Shown here: positions 17,450-25,425 of the stretch, piece after piece
How the letters are laid out: every line of letters starts with the position of its first letter
Numbering within the stretch: the stretch's first letter is position 1
Assembly: GCA_024650005.2 (NCBI GenBank)
Contig: CP122380.1
Coordinates: 1,728,001-1,792,000 of the forward strand
DNA length: 64,000 bases
From: Candidatus Bathyarchaeum tardum
GTDB taxonomy: Archaea; Thermoproteota; Bathyarchaeia; Bathyarchaeales; Bathyarchaeaceae
Direction: 5' to 3'
Made by a program: the position numbers and the translations under genes
The notes under the pieces: generated by a model
What the model saw: only the letters and a program-made list of their open reading frames with translations
Told to the model about the DNA's origin: nothing
Database searches by the model: none

Positions 17450-17923
17450 ATGTTAAAAATTAAAGAATTGGAAAAAAAGATTCTCCTTAACCTGCTAGAA
17501 AACGGACAACAGCCAATACTAAAAATTGCAAAAGACCTAGGCGTCACAAGACAAACAGTAGCAAAAAAACTGGACCAAATGCAAAATTCTGGACTGATTT
17601 TGTCTTTTTTTCCCAAACTGCAACCCGAAATTCTGGGATTATCCATTCAAGCATACATATTGATGCGGGAAGACCCCAAAAACGACTGCAGAAAAGAAAC
17701 AGAAGATATCGTGAAAAGTTTTCCTCAAGTTACTGAGTTTCAAAGAATTTTTGGCAAATACGACAGCATCGCTAAAGTTTTGGTGAACAACAACAAAGAG
17801 TTAACAGAGTTGGTGAAAAAAATTCACGACCTGAAAGGCGTCAAAGAAACTGAAACTTTTATTGTTCATAGCACACTTAAAGACAAACCTGAAGATCCAA
17901 TAAAACAAAAACTAACAGAGTAG
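17450..17923 (+). CDS. Lrp/AsnC transcriptional regulator
   Basis: N-terminal HTH, GKYD, TETFIV; divergent from pckG. Confidence 0.9.
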   Translation: MLKIKELEKKILLNLLENGQQPILKIAKDLGVTRQTVAKKLDQMQNSGLILSFFPKLQPEILGLSIQAYILMREDPKNDCRKETEDIVKSFPQVTEFQRIFGKYDSIAKVLVNNNKELTELVKKIHDLKGVKETETFIVHSTLKDKPEDPIKQKLTE

Positions 17924-17944
17924 TTACCTGTTTTTTGAACCTGT

Positions 17945-18679
17945 TTACCAGATTATGCCTAAGCTTTGAATTATTTCTCCATTGTACATTTTGCCGACTG
18001 CAGGGTTTACAATTTCGTCTGTTTGGGGTTCAATATAGATTAGCCCTCTGTCAGTGGTTTCAAAGCAGGCGATTGCGTGGGCGCCACTGGAAAAGGTCAT
18101 GTAAACAAAACCGCATCGGTATCCTTGTTGTTCGGCGTTGTAATTGAAATCAGCGGTAAAATCGTAACAAACATAGCCATCAGTGTAAAGATTCCTGTCG
18201 GTCAGGTCTGAACTAATAAACAAAAGAGCCTCCTGATAAGTCGGGTTTCGGGTAGAATAACCGTTTTCAGCCATGTAACCTAAACCCTCAGAATAGCCTT
18301 CTTCATAGCCTGTTTCATAACCTGCAGACTGGCCTTCAAAATAACCTAAATCATAATTTTGGACAACTTCTACTTCCAAACCACTTACTTCAATTTCCAG
18401 ACTTGAAACCTGAGATTGTAGATAAAAAACATCATTATTCAATTCTGTTGTTTGCAACTCAAGATCCGAAACTTGAAACTCCAAACTAGTTTTCTCCATA
18501 ACTAAACCTGATAACTGGCTTTCTAAACTGCTTTTTTCATGTTTAATTTCAAAAATTTCTTCAACTTTAAGTGCTACTTCAGCTTCTTTTTGATGGATCA
18601 TCACCCCAGCACCAATACAACCAATTGCCAAAACAATACATATCGACATAATGACAACTAACTTAACGTCGGCCATCAC
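17945..18679 (-). CDS. Membrane-anchored coiled-coil protein with transglutaminase-like C-terminal domain
   Basis: TM, heptad repeats, GYxEG repeats, YVCYDF / HAIACF / YIEPQ. Confidence 0.65.
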   Translation of the reverse strand: MMADVKLVVIMSICIVLAIGCIGAGVMIHQKEAEVALKVEEIFEIKHEKSSLESQLSGLVMEKTSLEFQVSDLELQTTELNNDVFYLQSQVSSLEIEVSGLEVEVVQNYDLGYFEGQSAGYETGYEEGYSEGLGYMAENGYSTRNPTYQEALLFISSDLTDRNLYTDGYVCYDFTADFNYNAEQQGYRCGFVYMTFSSGAHAIACFETTDRGLIYIEPQTDEIVNPAVGKMYNGEIIQSLGIIW

Positions 18680-19021
18680 AGATTCTCTCCAAATATATAA
18701 TATATTATATCATAAGACATGTTATATATTCTTTGAAGTAAAAAACCTTACAAACAATCAAAAAATGAAATCCATCAAGTATTTTTTTTACGGCGACCAA
18801 CAAGGATGCGGCGGGAGCAACACAGTAGATAACGGAGTTTTAGATGCTGAACTGGCTACAACAACAAAAACTAATGCAATATCAGAGACAACAGGTATTA
18901 TTGGGCTTGCAATAACAAAAACTCCAAATACAGCAAGTTTCAGGACTGACTCGCAACCCAACGCCGTTTAACAAACACCCAATATCTGCACCTATCCTTC
19001 TAGAATTTTTTCCCTAAAACA

Positions 19022-19062
19022 TTTGTTGTTGTTGACCCCCCTACCCCCCCAACAACAACAAA
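19022..19062. repeat. 13-bp inverted repeat around a C-rich loop
   Basis: TTTGTTGTTGTTG-ACCCCCCTACCCCCC-CAACAACAACAAA. Confidence 0.65.
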
Positions 19063-19292
19063 ACTATTTTCAACAAAAATTTATTCACTTACAAAACATA
19101 GAGATTTTTAAAACTTTTTTTAAATTGATGTTGGTTATGGGTTAATCTACGATTGGTTTAAACTGAAATGTGTCTTTAATCTCTCCATAAATTCAAGCCA
19201 GAAAAGATTCAATTGTTGAGTGTATTTCATAATTAATGAACCCAGAAATTTGATTTTCGTCCCGCTTTTCTTTTTTCTAAAATTACCAAATA

Positions 19293-19369
19293 TGGAGCCC
19301 CGGGCGGGATTTGAACCCGCGGCATACAGCTTACGAGGCTGCCGCTCTACCGGTCTGAGCCACCGAGGC
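19293..19369 (-). tRNA. tRNA-Thr(CGT), no intron, CCA encoded
   Basis: 77-nt cloverleaf, CT-CGT-AA loop, GGTTCAAATCC T arm. Confidence 0.95.
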
Positions 19370-19528
19370 GTTACTTTGAATTGAGCATATAACACATTTT
19401 TAAGATATTCGGGAAACAAAGGAAAGTTAAGAAGTCAAAAAAAGAAAAAATGTTGTTGATTGTTTACTGCCCATTTACAGCAGTCATAACCCTTAACAAA
19501 AGGGGGAAAGTCCCGTTTAGGGGACGGG

Positions 19529-21220
19529 TTATTTCTTCTTTAGTATCAAGAAGTAGAGCAGAGCTACGCCAATCACTGCTACTGCGGCGATTGCTGCAAT
19601 CAAAGTTAAGGGCAAATCTTCAGGATGGTCGTTATCGATGGGAGTTTGGGTGTCTTCTTCAGATATGGTGAAGTAAACGGTTTGTGAACTTTCTTTGCCT
19701 TCAGTGTTTTTGGCGAAAACTGTTAGTTTATGTGAGCCTTCAATTAAGTTGGACAAGGTTGCAGTTCCGCTGATTGTAATGTTTTCTTCTCCATCAAGGC
19801 TGTAACCTACGATTGCATTTGGGTCACTTACGGACACAGTTAAGGTCAAGGAGTTTACGTTGTAGGTTTTGTTTTCAGGGGAGGTAACCGAAACAATTAG
19901 GGATCCTTCAAGGATTAGAGGGTATTCATCTTTAACGGAGGCATAAATTGTGTAAGGAGTGTCTCCGAAGCCGTCGCTTCCTGTTTCGTTTTGGGCTTTG
20001 CCTGATTTTACGTCAGTTCCAGAATAGTCGTTCCAGTAGTTGCCGCCTGCAGGGTAAATAAACCATTGGTTACTGGAGATAGAAATGGTATCGTCGGTTA
20101 CGCCTACATCGTGTACTTGTACCCCGTTATTGTTTAGGCCATTGTTTATGAAGTAGTTGCCTCTGAATACGTTCAAGGATGATGCGCTAATTCCAGCCCC
20201 GTAACTGTAATTGTCTTCGATGGTGTTTGCAGATATTGTATTTTGGGTGGAGTCATACAAGAACATTCCACCTGTGTTGCTAGTTATTTCATTCAAAGAT
20301 ATTGTGTTAAAGGTTGCATATTTGAGATGTATTCCTCGATTGTTATTTGTTAGGGTATTATTAGTAATAGTGTTATGAGAAGACGAAAAAATCCAAAAAC
20401 CATATGTAGTATCAGTTATGGTGTTTCCGGTTATTGATGATTGGGTAGTGTCCACCAATATTATGCCTTGTTCATTGTTTGCTAATTCAAGATTTTGAAC
20501 AGTTATGTCTGTACAGCTTACAAGGGCAAGAAAACCAACATCTGGATATGTTTCAGGGCTGATTACTAGATTTTGTTCTCCGACCAAGTAGTAAATTTTC
20601 TTGTCGGCACCAATTGTGTTTGAATCGTCAATGTCATGGATGAAATCTGATACAACAGTACCAGAAACTGAAAAATCTCTAAAGTTATCTAAAGCGTTAT
20701 TTCGGAACGTGTTTTCAGAAGTTAACAACAGGTCAACGCCTATGTTATTGTCCAGTATAGTGTTTCCAGTAACCGTGTTTTGTGTAGAATTATAGATACG
20801 CATGCCAACGCCGTTTCCGGATATTGTGTTATCAATAATTGAAATGCCAAATCCTGCACTGAGGTAGATTCCATAATTGAAACCTCCAAGCAGGTCTAGA
20901 TTTTGAAGGGTTACACCAGTTACTGATGAAATTTCTATTCCAACATCCCCTTGACCGAGAAGAGAAAATCCAGCTCCATCGATTACAATGTTACTTGCCT
21001 GAATTATGAAGCTGTAGACCACCATATCCCCAGTTAAGGTGTACACGTTGCCATCTTTTTCAATAGGAACAGTGGAATTCGTAGAAGAATAGATGATTCC
21101 ATTACTTAGTATGTAAACTGTTTCAGTTATTGTGTCCTGAGCGACAACTTGCTGAAAGCTCATAAAACACAAGGAAATAAGACATAAAAAGATTAGAAAA
21201 GAGGATTTACTTGCTTTCAT
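19529..21220 (-). CDS. NosD/CASH right-handed beta-helix surface protein
   Basis: Signal peptide, N-x-I-x-x-N-x-I repeats, GNYWNDY-x-G-x-D, SPEN-x-TY Ig-like domain, C-terminal TM + KKK. Confidence 0.85.
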   Translation of the reverse strand: MKASKSSFLIFLCLISLCFMSFQQVVAQDTITETVYILSNGIIYSSTNSTVPIEKDGNVYTLTGDMVVYSFIIQASNIVIDGAGFSLLGQGDVGIEISSVTGVTLQNLDLLGGFNYGIYLSAGFGISIIDNTISGNGVGMRIYNSTQNTVTGNTILDNNIGVDLLLTSENTFRNNALDNFRDFSVSGTVVSDFIHDIDDSNTIGADKKIYYLVGEQNLVISPETYPDVGFLALVSCTDITVQNLELANNEQGIILVDTTQSSITGNTITDTTYGFWIFSSSHNTITNNTLTNNNRGIHLKYATFNTISLNEITSNTGGMFLYDSTQNTISANTIEDNYSYGAGISASSLNVFRGNYFINNGLNNNGVQVHDVGVTDDTISISSNQWFIYPAGGNYWNDYSGTDVKSGKAQNETGSDGFGDTPYTIYASVKDEYPLILEGSLIVSVTSPENKTYNVNSLTLTVSVSDPNAIVGYSLDGEENITISGTATLSNLIEGSHKLTVFAKNTEGKESSQTVYFTISEEDTQTPIDNDHPEDLPLTLIAAIAAVAVIGVALLYFLILKKK

Positions 21221-21488
21221 GCACTTGTTTTCCCCATGTTAGTTAATTCATAAAGTTTACAACAGCAGTAATTACCTGTAAGGTTAACCAGTTTGGAACC
21301 AGAATCAATCATAAAAATCATCTTTTTTACCTAGTTAGTAGTCAAGTCGCCCCATAGAATATAAAAGGTTTTTTCAGAATTTTACCCTGTTGATTTAACC
21401 AACAAAACTAATATGAACAATCCATTTTTTGAAGACCAACAGGTATTCTTAAGATACCCAACAACAACAATACTTCAGAGGTTCCAAA

Positions 21489-22478
21489 TTGAGTTCAGCA
21501 AAAAAGCTGGGCGAAAGAAAAATCATCAAGCTCATTTTAGAAAACCTAGACCAAATGCCCAACATGCATCTTCCTTTTGGTGATGATGCATCAGCAGTTG
21601 ACCTTGATGACAACAAACTGGCAATAATAAACATGGACATGCTAGTGAAAAAAACCGATGTCCCCCAAGGAATGAACATTTGGCAAGTCGCTCGAAAAGC
21701 AGTTGTAATGAACATAAGCGACCTAGCAGCAAAAGGAGCAAACCCAGTTGCGTTGTTAGCATCCCTTGGGGTTCCTGACGAGTTATCAAAAATTGAAATT
21801 CAACAGATTGCCAAAGGATTAAACGCTGGTGCCCGAGAATACGGAGCCTATGTTTTAGGAGGAGACACCAACCAAGCCACAGACCTTATAATCAGTTGCA
21901 TGGCTTTAGGAGAATGCTCTAAACATAACCTGCTTAAGCGCACTGGAGCAAAACCTGGAGACTACGTGGCAGTAACAGGTAATTTTGGAAAAACTGCAGC
22001 TGGGCTAAAAATTTTGATGGAAAAAACATCAGTTCCAGATAAACAGAAAACCTTGGTTGATTCGGTGTTGATGCCATATGCACGAGTAAAAGAAGGAATA
22101 GCATTAGCACATACAGGGGGAGTCACTGCCTCTATTGACTCTAGCGATGGATTAGCTTGGAGTCTTCATGAACTTTCTAGAGCTAGTAACGTAGGTTTTT
22201 GTATTGACAATCTGCCAGTAGATCCCGAAGCAGAAAAGTTTGCAGAAACTCAAGGTTTGAATTCTTCAGATTTAGCATTATACGGTGGCGAAGAATACGA
22301 GCTTATTGTAACAGTTAATCCTGATTCTTGGATTAAAGCCCAGAAAGCAGTGACTACAGTTGGTGGATTGCTTACAAAGATTGGTGTAGTTACCAAAGAG
22401 AAACGATGCTTACTAAAAGTGGATAAAAAAACTGTTGAGATTAAGCCTCGGGGATGGGAACATTTTATTACAGAATAA
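21489..22478 (+). CDS. thiL: Thiamine-monophosphate kinase
   Basis: GDDA, NISDLAAKG, GGDT, DSSDGL, GGEEYEL, GWEHF. Confidence 0.95.
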   Translation: MSSAKKLGERKIIKLILENLDQMPNMHLPFGDDASAVDLDDNKLAIINMDMLVKKTDVPQGMNIWQVARKAVVMNISDLAAKGANPVALLASLGVPDELSKIEIQQIAKGLNAGAREYGAYVLGGDTNQATDLIISCMALGECSKHNLLKRTGAKPGDYVAVTGNFGKTAAGLKILMEKTSVPDKQKTLVDSVLMPYARVKEGIALAHTGGVTASIDSSDGLAWSLHELSRASNVGFCIDNLPVDPEAEKFAETQGLNSSDLALYGGEEYELIVTVNPDSWIKAQKAVTTVGGLLTKIGVVTKEKRCLLKVDKKTVEIKPRGWEHFITE

Positions 22479-22510
22479 AAGAATGAAAAAGAAATGAAGG
22501 GAGACAATAA

Positions 22511-23611
22511 TTGATAAAGTCATGTGATTCAGGCAGTCTGCCGTTCATGGGGGATTCTGCAAAGTTTTTAGAGGGAACAAAAAGTTACGTATGCAACAAA
22601 ACAGAGGAATCTGCCGAGTTTTTTGAGAAAAACGTTGTTAACAGTTTTGTTGACAAACTTCAAGCAGGCATTCATGTCCCCAATTATCCGCAATTTCGGG
22701 ACATGAATCAGATGTTTGTGTCAATGATAGATGGAATAGAAAAATTTGATACAGGATACTTAGAAACAAAAATTGCGTCTTTGCGGGCAGACAACAACAA
22801 GATAGTTGAAATCCTAGCCATTGAACGTAACTCTCAAGTTATTTCAGAAAAAATAGGAAATCCTTTTGAACTTCGAGTTTGTGTAACTGGACCTTATACT
22901 CTTGCTTCTTTGTTTCCGTACCGAGACGAAAAAACTTTCATCCGACTGGGAAACGTTATCGCGCAAATCATAGAGTGCAACCTTTTCAGTAACAAACACG
23001 GAAAAACAAGTCTAGTTTCTGTTGATGAACCCTCATTTGGACTAGTCGACGATCCCCTAATCGATTTTGGATCCCAAGGACGAGAAAACCTAAAAAAAGC
23101 GTGGGAAAAAATTTTCCATACCATTAAGACGAAAAATGCCCAAAGCATGATACATTTACACAGCACAGCAAACCCCATGTTCTGGGACATACCTAGTTTA
23201 GACGTAATCGACTCTCATGTTGATGACCCGATTCACCAGATGCAAAAAACCGGAAAATTGTTAGAATCCAAAGACAAGTTCTTGAAAGCCAGCATGACAG
23301 TTAACGACTTTGATAAACTGATTAGACAAAAAATTGTCACAGAATCCGAAGAAAAACTGTCTGACTCGGATGTTAACGAAAAAATTGCTGACGTATGGAC
23401 AGCTATTAAAAAGGGACAGGTAAACCCTGACGTTTTTTTGGAAACAGCAGGAGTAATGAAAAAAAGAGTAACCGATGTGGTTGAACGCTTTGGAAAAAAT
23501 CGAATATTATATGCAGGACCAGAATGTGGACTTAAAGGATATCCAACATACAAAAATGCCCTTGAATGTTTAAGGCGAATCTCAAATGCAGTTAACTGCC
23601 TGAAAAAATAG
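22511..23611 (+). CDS. Core cobalamin-independent methionine synthase-like (MetE C-terminal barrel) protein
   Basis: D-x-GSLP, VTGP-x-TL, VDEP, GPECGL; metal ligands atypical. Confidence 0.65.
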   Translation: MIKSCDSGSLPFMGDSAKFLEGTKSYVCNKTEESAEFFEKNVVNSFVDKLQAGIHVPNYPQFRDMNQMFVSMIDGIEKFDTGYLETKIASLRADNNKIVEILAIERNSQVISEKIGNPFELRVCVTGPYTLASLFPYRDEKTFIRLGNVIAQIIECNLFSNKHGKTSLVSVDEPSFGLVDDPLIDFGSQGRENLKKAWEKIFHTIKTKNAQSMIHLHSTANPMFWDIPSLDVIDSHVDDPIHQMQKTGKLLESKDKFLKASMTVNDFDKLIRQKIVTESEEKLSDSDVNEKIADVWTAIKKGQVNPDVFLETAGVMKKRVTDVVERFGKNRILYAGPECGLKGYPTYKNALECLRRISNAVNCLKK

Positions 23612-23634
23612 CTAAAGTTCATCAAGTTACTACG

Positions 23635-24228
23635 CTAAAATGGCTGTAACATTGAAATTAGATAATTTGTTATTTGGTAAGTAATACCCCAAACAACATT
23701 GGTTTTTATGACATACGCAGGGTAATCTTTTGACATGTACTGTTTTGTGCCATTTGTTTTAGTCAATTCAGTTAAAGGAACCCAGAAAAAATTTGACAGT
23801 TCATTATTCAGTTTAATTGGCTGCTCTTCGAGCTGCAAAACAACAAAAGGAAGAATACGAATATCAGGTCTTTGAATAGATGTGATAGGAGTCAAGGTTC
23901 CTAAGAACTTGCAACCGTTACGGAGATTGATGTTTGTTTCTTCACAAGTTTCTCGTATCACGGTATCTCTCAAGTCTTTGTCTTCGGAACAACGTTTTCC
24001 CCCAGGAAAAGCAGTTTGCCCAGACCAAGGATCTTTAGGAGTTTCAGTCCGTTTTACAAAAAGAATTTCTAACGCGTGATTGTTTTCCCGCAACAACACA
24101 GCAACAGCAGCATTCACGTCCAAAGAATCAACTTCAATTAAAGTCTTAGATAGTCTTTCTGCAATAATTGTAGCATTCAATTTTGGTTGTTCCCTCGAAG
24201 CGCCATTAAGTAAGGACATAATGAACAA
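23635..24228 (-). CDS. Nudix CoA-pyrophosphatase-like hydrolase
   Basis: AAVAVLL, WSGQTAFPGG, RETCEET, VWGIT. Confidence 0.85.
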   Translation of the reverse strand: MFIMSLLNGASREQPKLNATIIAERLSKTLIEVDSLDVNAAVAVLLRENNHALEILFVKRTETPKDPWSGQTAFPGGKRCSEDKDLRDTVIRETCEETNINLRNGCKFLGTLTPITSIQRPDIRILPFVVLQLEEQPIKLNNELSNFFWVPLTELTKTNGTKQYMSKDYPAYVIKTNVVWGITYQITNYLISMLQPF

Positions 24229-24621
24229 CTATTCTTTTTTCGCATGTTGCATTTTTTTGATTGTTTCTTTGTCAATATCTAGAGTCATGTTATTGAGGTT
24301 ATCTTCCCAGAAAATTTCTTCAGCTTCGTTGCTTTGAGGTTCCCCTTCGTAATCTGTGATTTTGTAACAATATGCATGTTGTTTTTCGCCATTACTTGCA
24401 ACGTAATAGTTTTTGCAAACAAAGCTCATCTCTTTTACTTGGATACCTAATTCTTCCATCATTTCTCGTTTCAAAGCATCTTCTAAATCTTCATTAGGTT
24501 CAACATGACCTGCAGGCAAACAGATAATTCCAGGATCAATTTTTTTGTCTATTCTGCGCCGCTCAACCAAGAATCTGTCTCCCTTAACGATTATTCCAAC
24601 AACAACGTTTACAGGTTCCAA
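24229..24621 (-). CDS. Nudix hydrolase (MutT-like)
   Basis: PAGHVE...ALKREMMEELG Nudix box. Confidence 0.85.
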   Translation of the reverse strand: MEPVNVVVGIIVKGDRFLVERRRIDKKIDPGIICLPAGHVEPNEDLEDALKREMMEELGIQVKEMSFVCKNYYVASNGEKQHAYCYKITDYEGEPQSNEAEEIFWEDNLNNMTLDIDKETIKKMQHAKKE

Positions 24622-24760
24622 AGTACCATCTCCGACCTTTGTAGAAGAATACTAAATTATAAACAAATCAACTTTTGCATTATTCATTAACTATCATGAT
24701 TGTACTTGTGGTACACCAGGTATAAGATACCTATCCAGTAGAGTTTAAAAATCTACCTCT

Positions 24761-25242
24761 AACGGTAGTATGAACAATTGATTAGGTATTACCAGTAATA
24801 CCTAATTGATTATTGACGGTAGTTTGTACCTATTATAATAATACCATCTCTGAGTGTACAAATCATTAGTTAAGACCGTTGTTTGTACAGAAGTATTAGG
24901 TATCTATGTTGTTTACTTCTTAACTTTTAAATCAAGAATGATTGTAAGATAATGTATAACAAATATTGTCAGGTGGAAAAAATATTCGAAGGAACATGTG
25001 AACCATATGCCATGATCATAATGATTTCTTTAGCTGTTGCTTTTATCTTTCTAGGCTTTACTAAAGTAATTTCAATGGAATTAACAGTAATTAGCGTTTC
25101 AATTCTGATTGGTTTTATGATTTCAATTACATTATACTGCTATTACAAAGACAAAAATGCTTCACAATTTAGAATAAAACAACGGTAGTATGTACCTATT
25201 ACTTAGTTAGTAAATAGTTACTGACAGTAGTATGTACTAATT
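24761..25242 (+). repeat. Five degenerate 15-20 bp direct repeats (RACGGTAGTWTGTAC) plus a 12-bp-arm palindrome at 24781-24806
   Basis: Copies at 24761, 24815, 24874, 25181, 25223. Confidence 0.6.
24952..25188 (+). CDS. Small hypothetical 2-TM protein
   Basis: Two hydrophobic stretches; TTTTAAA upstream; start uncertain. Confidence 0.45.
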   Translation: MYNKYCQVEKIFEGTCEPYAMIIMISLAVAFIFLGFTKVISMELTVISVSILIGFMISITLYCYYKDKNASQFRIKQR

Positions 25243-25389
25243 GTAAATCAGTTGAAAGAAACGGGGTTTGCTGAGACTTTTGCACAGGCAATAGAGGAAG
25301 AAAAATGAAAAAAACCTTCTGCAACAGTTAGGTTAATTTTCAATTATTGTGCTTGAAGCCTTTTCAGCCCCGTGTTATCTTCCAAGGGT

Positions 25390-25416
25390 TTCTCCCAAAA
25401 AAAGAGGGAGAAAAAA
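25390..25416 (-). terminator. Hairpin/U-tract downstream of the PQQ-like gene
   Basis: TTCTCCC...GGGAGAA inverted repeat with A-tracts on +. Confidence 0.4.
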
Positions 25417-25425
25417 TGTTTGGGT

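Noticed and set aside
18651-18971. 106-aa ORF
   Set aside because: Overlaps the start and promoter of 17945-18679; no family features
19147-19419. 90-aa ORF
   Set aside because: Runs across tRNA-Thr(CGT); spurious
15462-19530. Shared GGGAAA(AA)GTCCCGTTT after pckG and the NosD gene
   Set aside because: Most simply a common terminator hairpin; too short to infer duplication
21221-21488. TPP riboswitch upstream of thiL
   Set aside because: No CTGAGA / AxCTGA core seen
24761-25242. CRISPR array
   Set aside because: Units short, degenerate and irregularly spaced; no cas genes; kept only as an unexplained repeat
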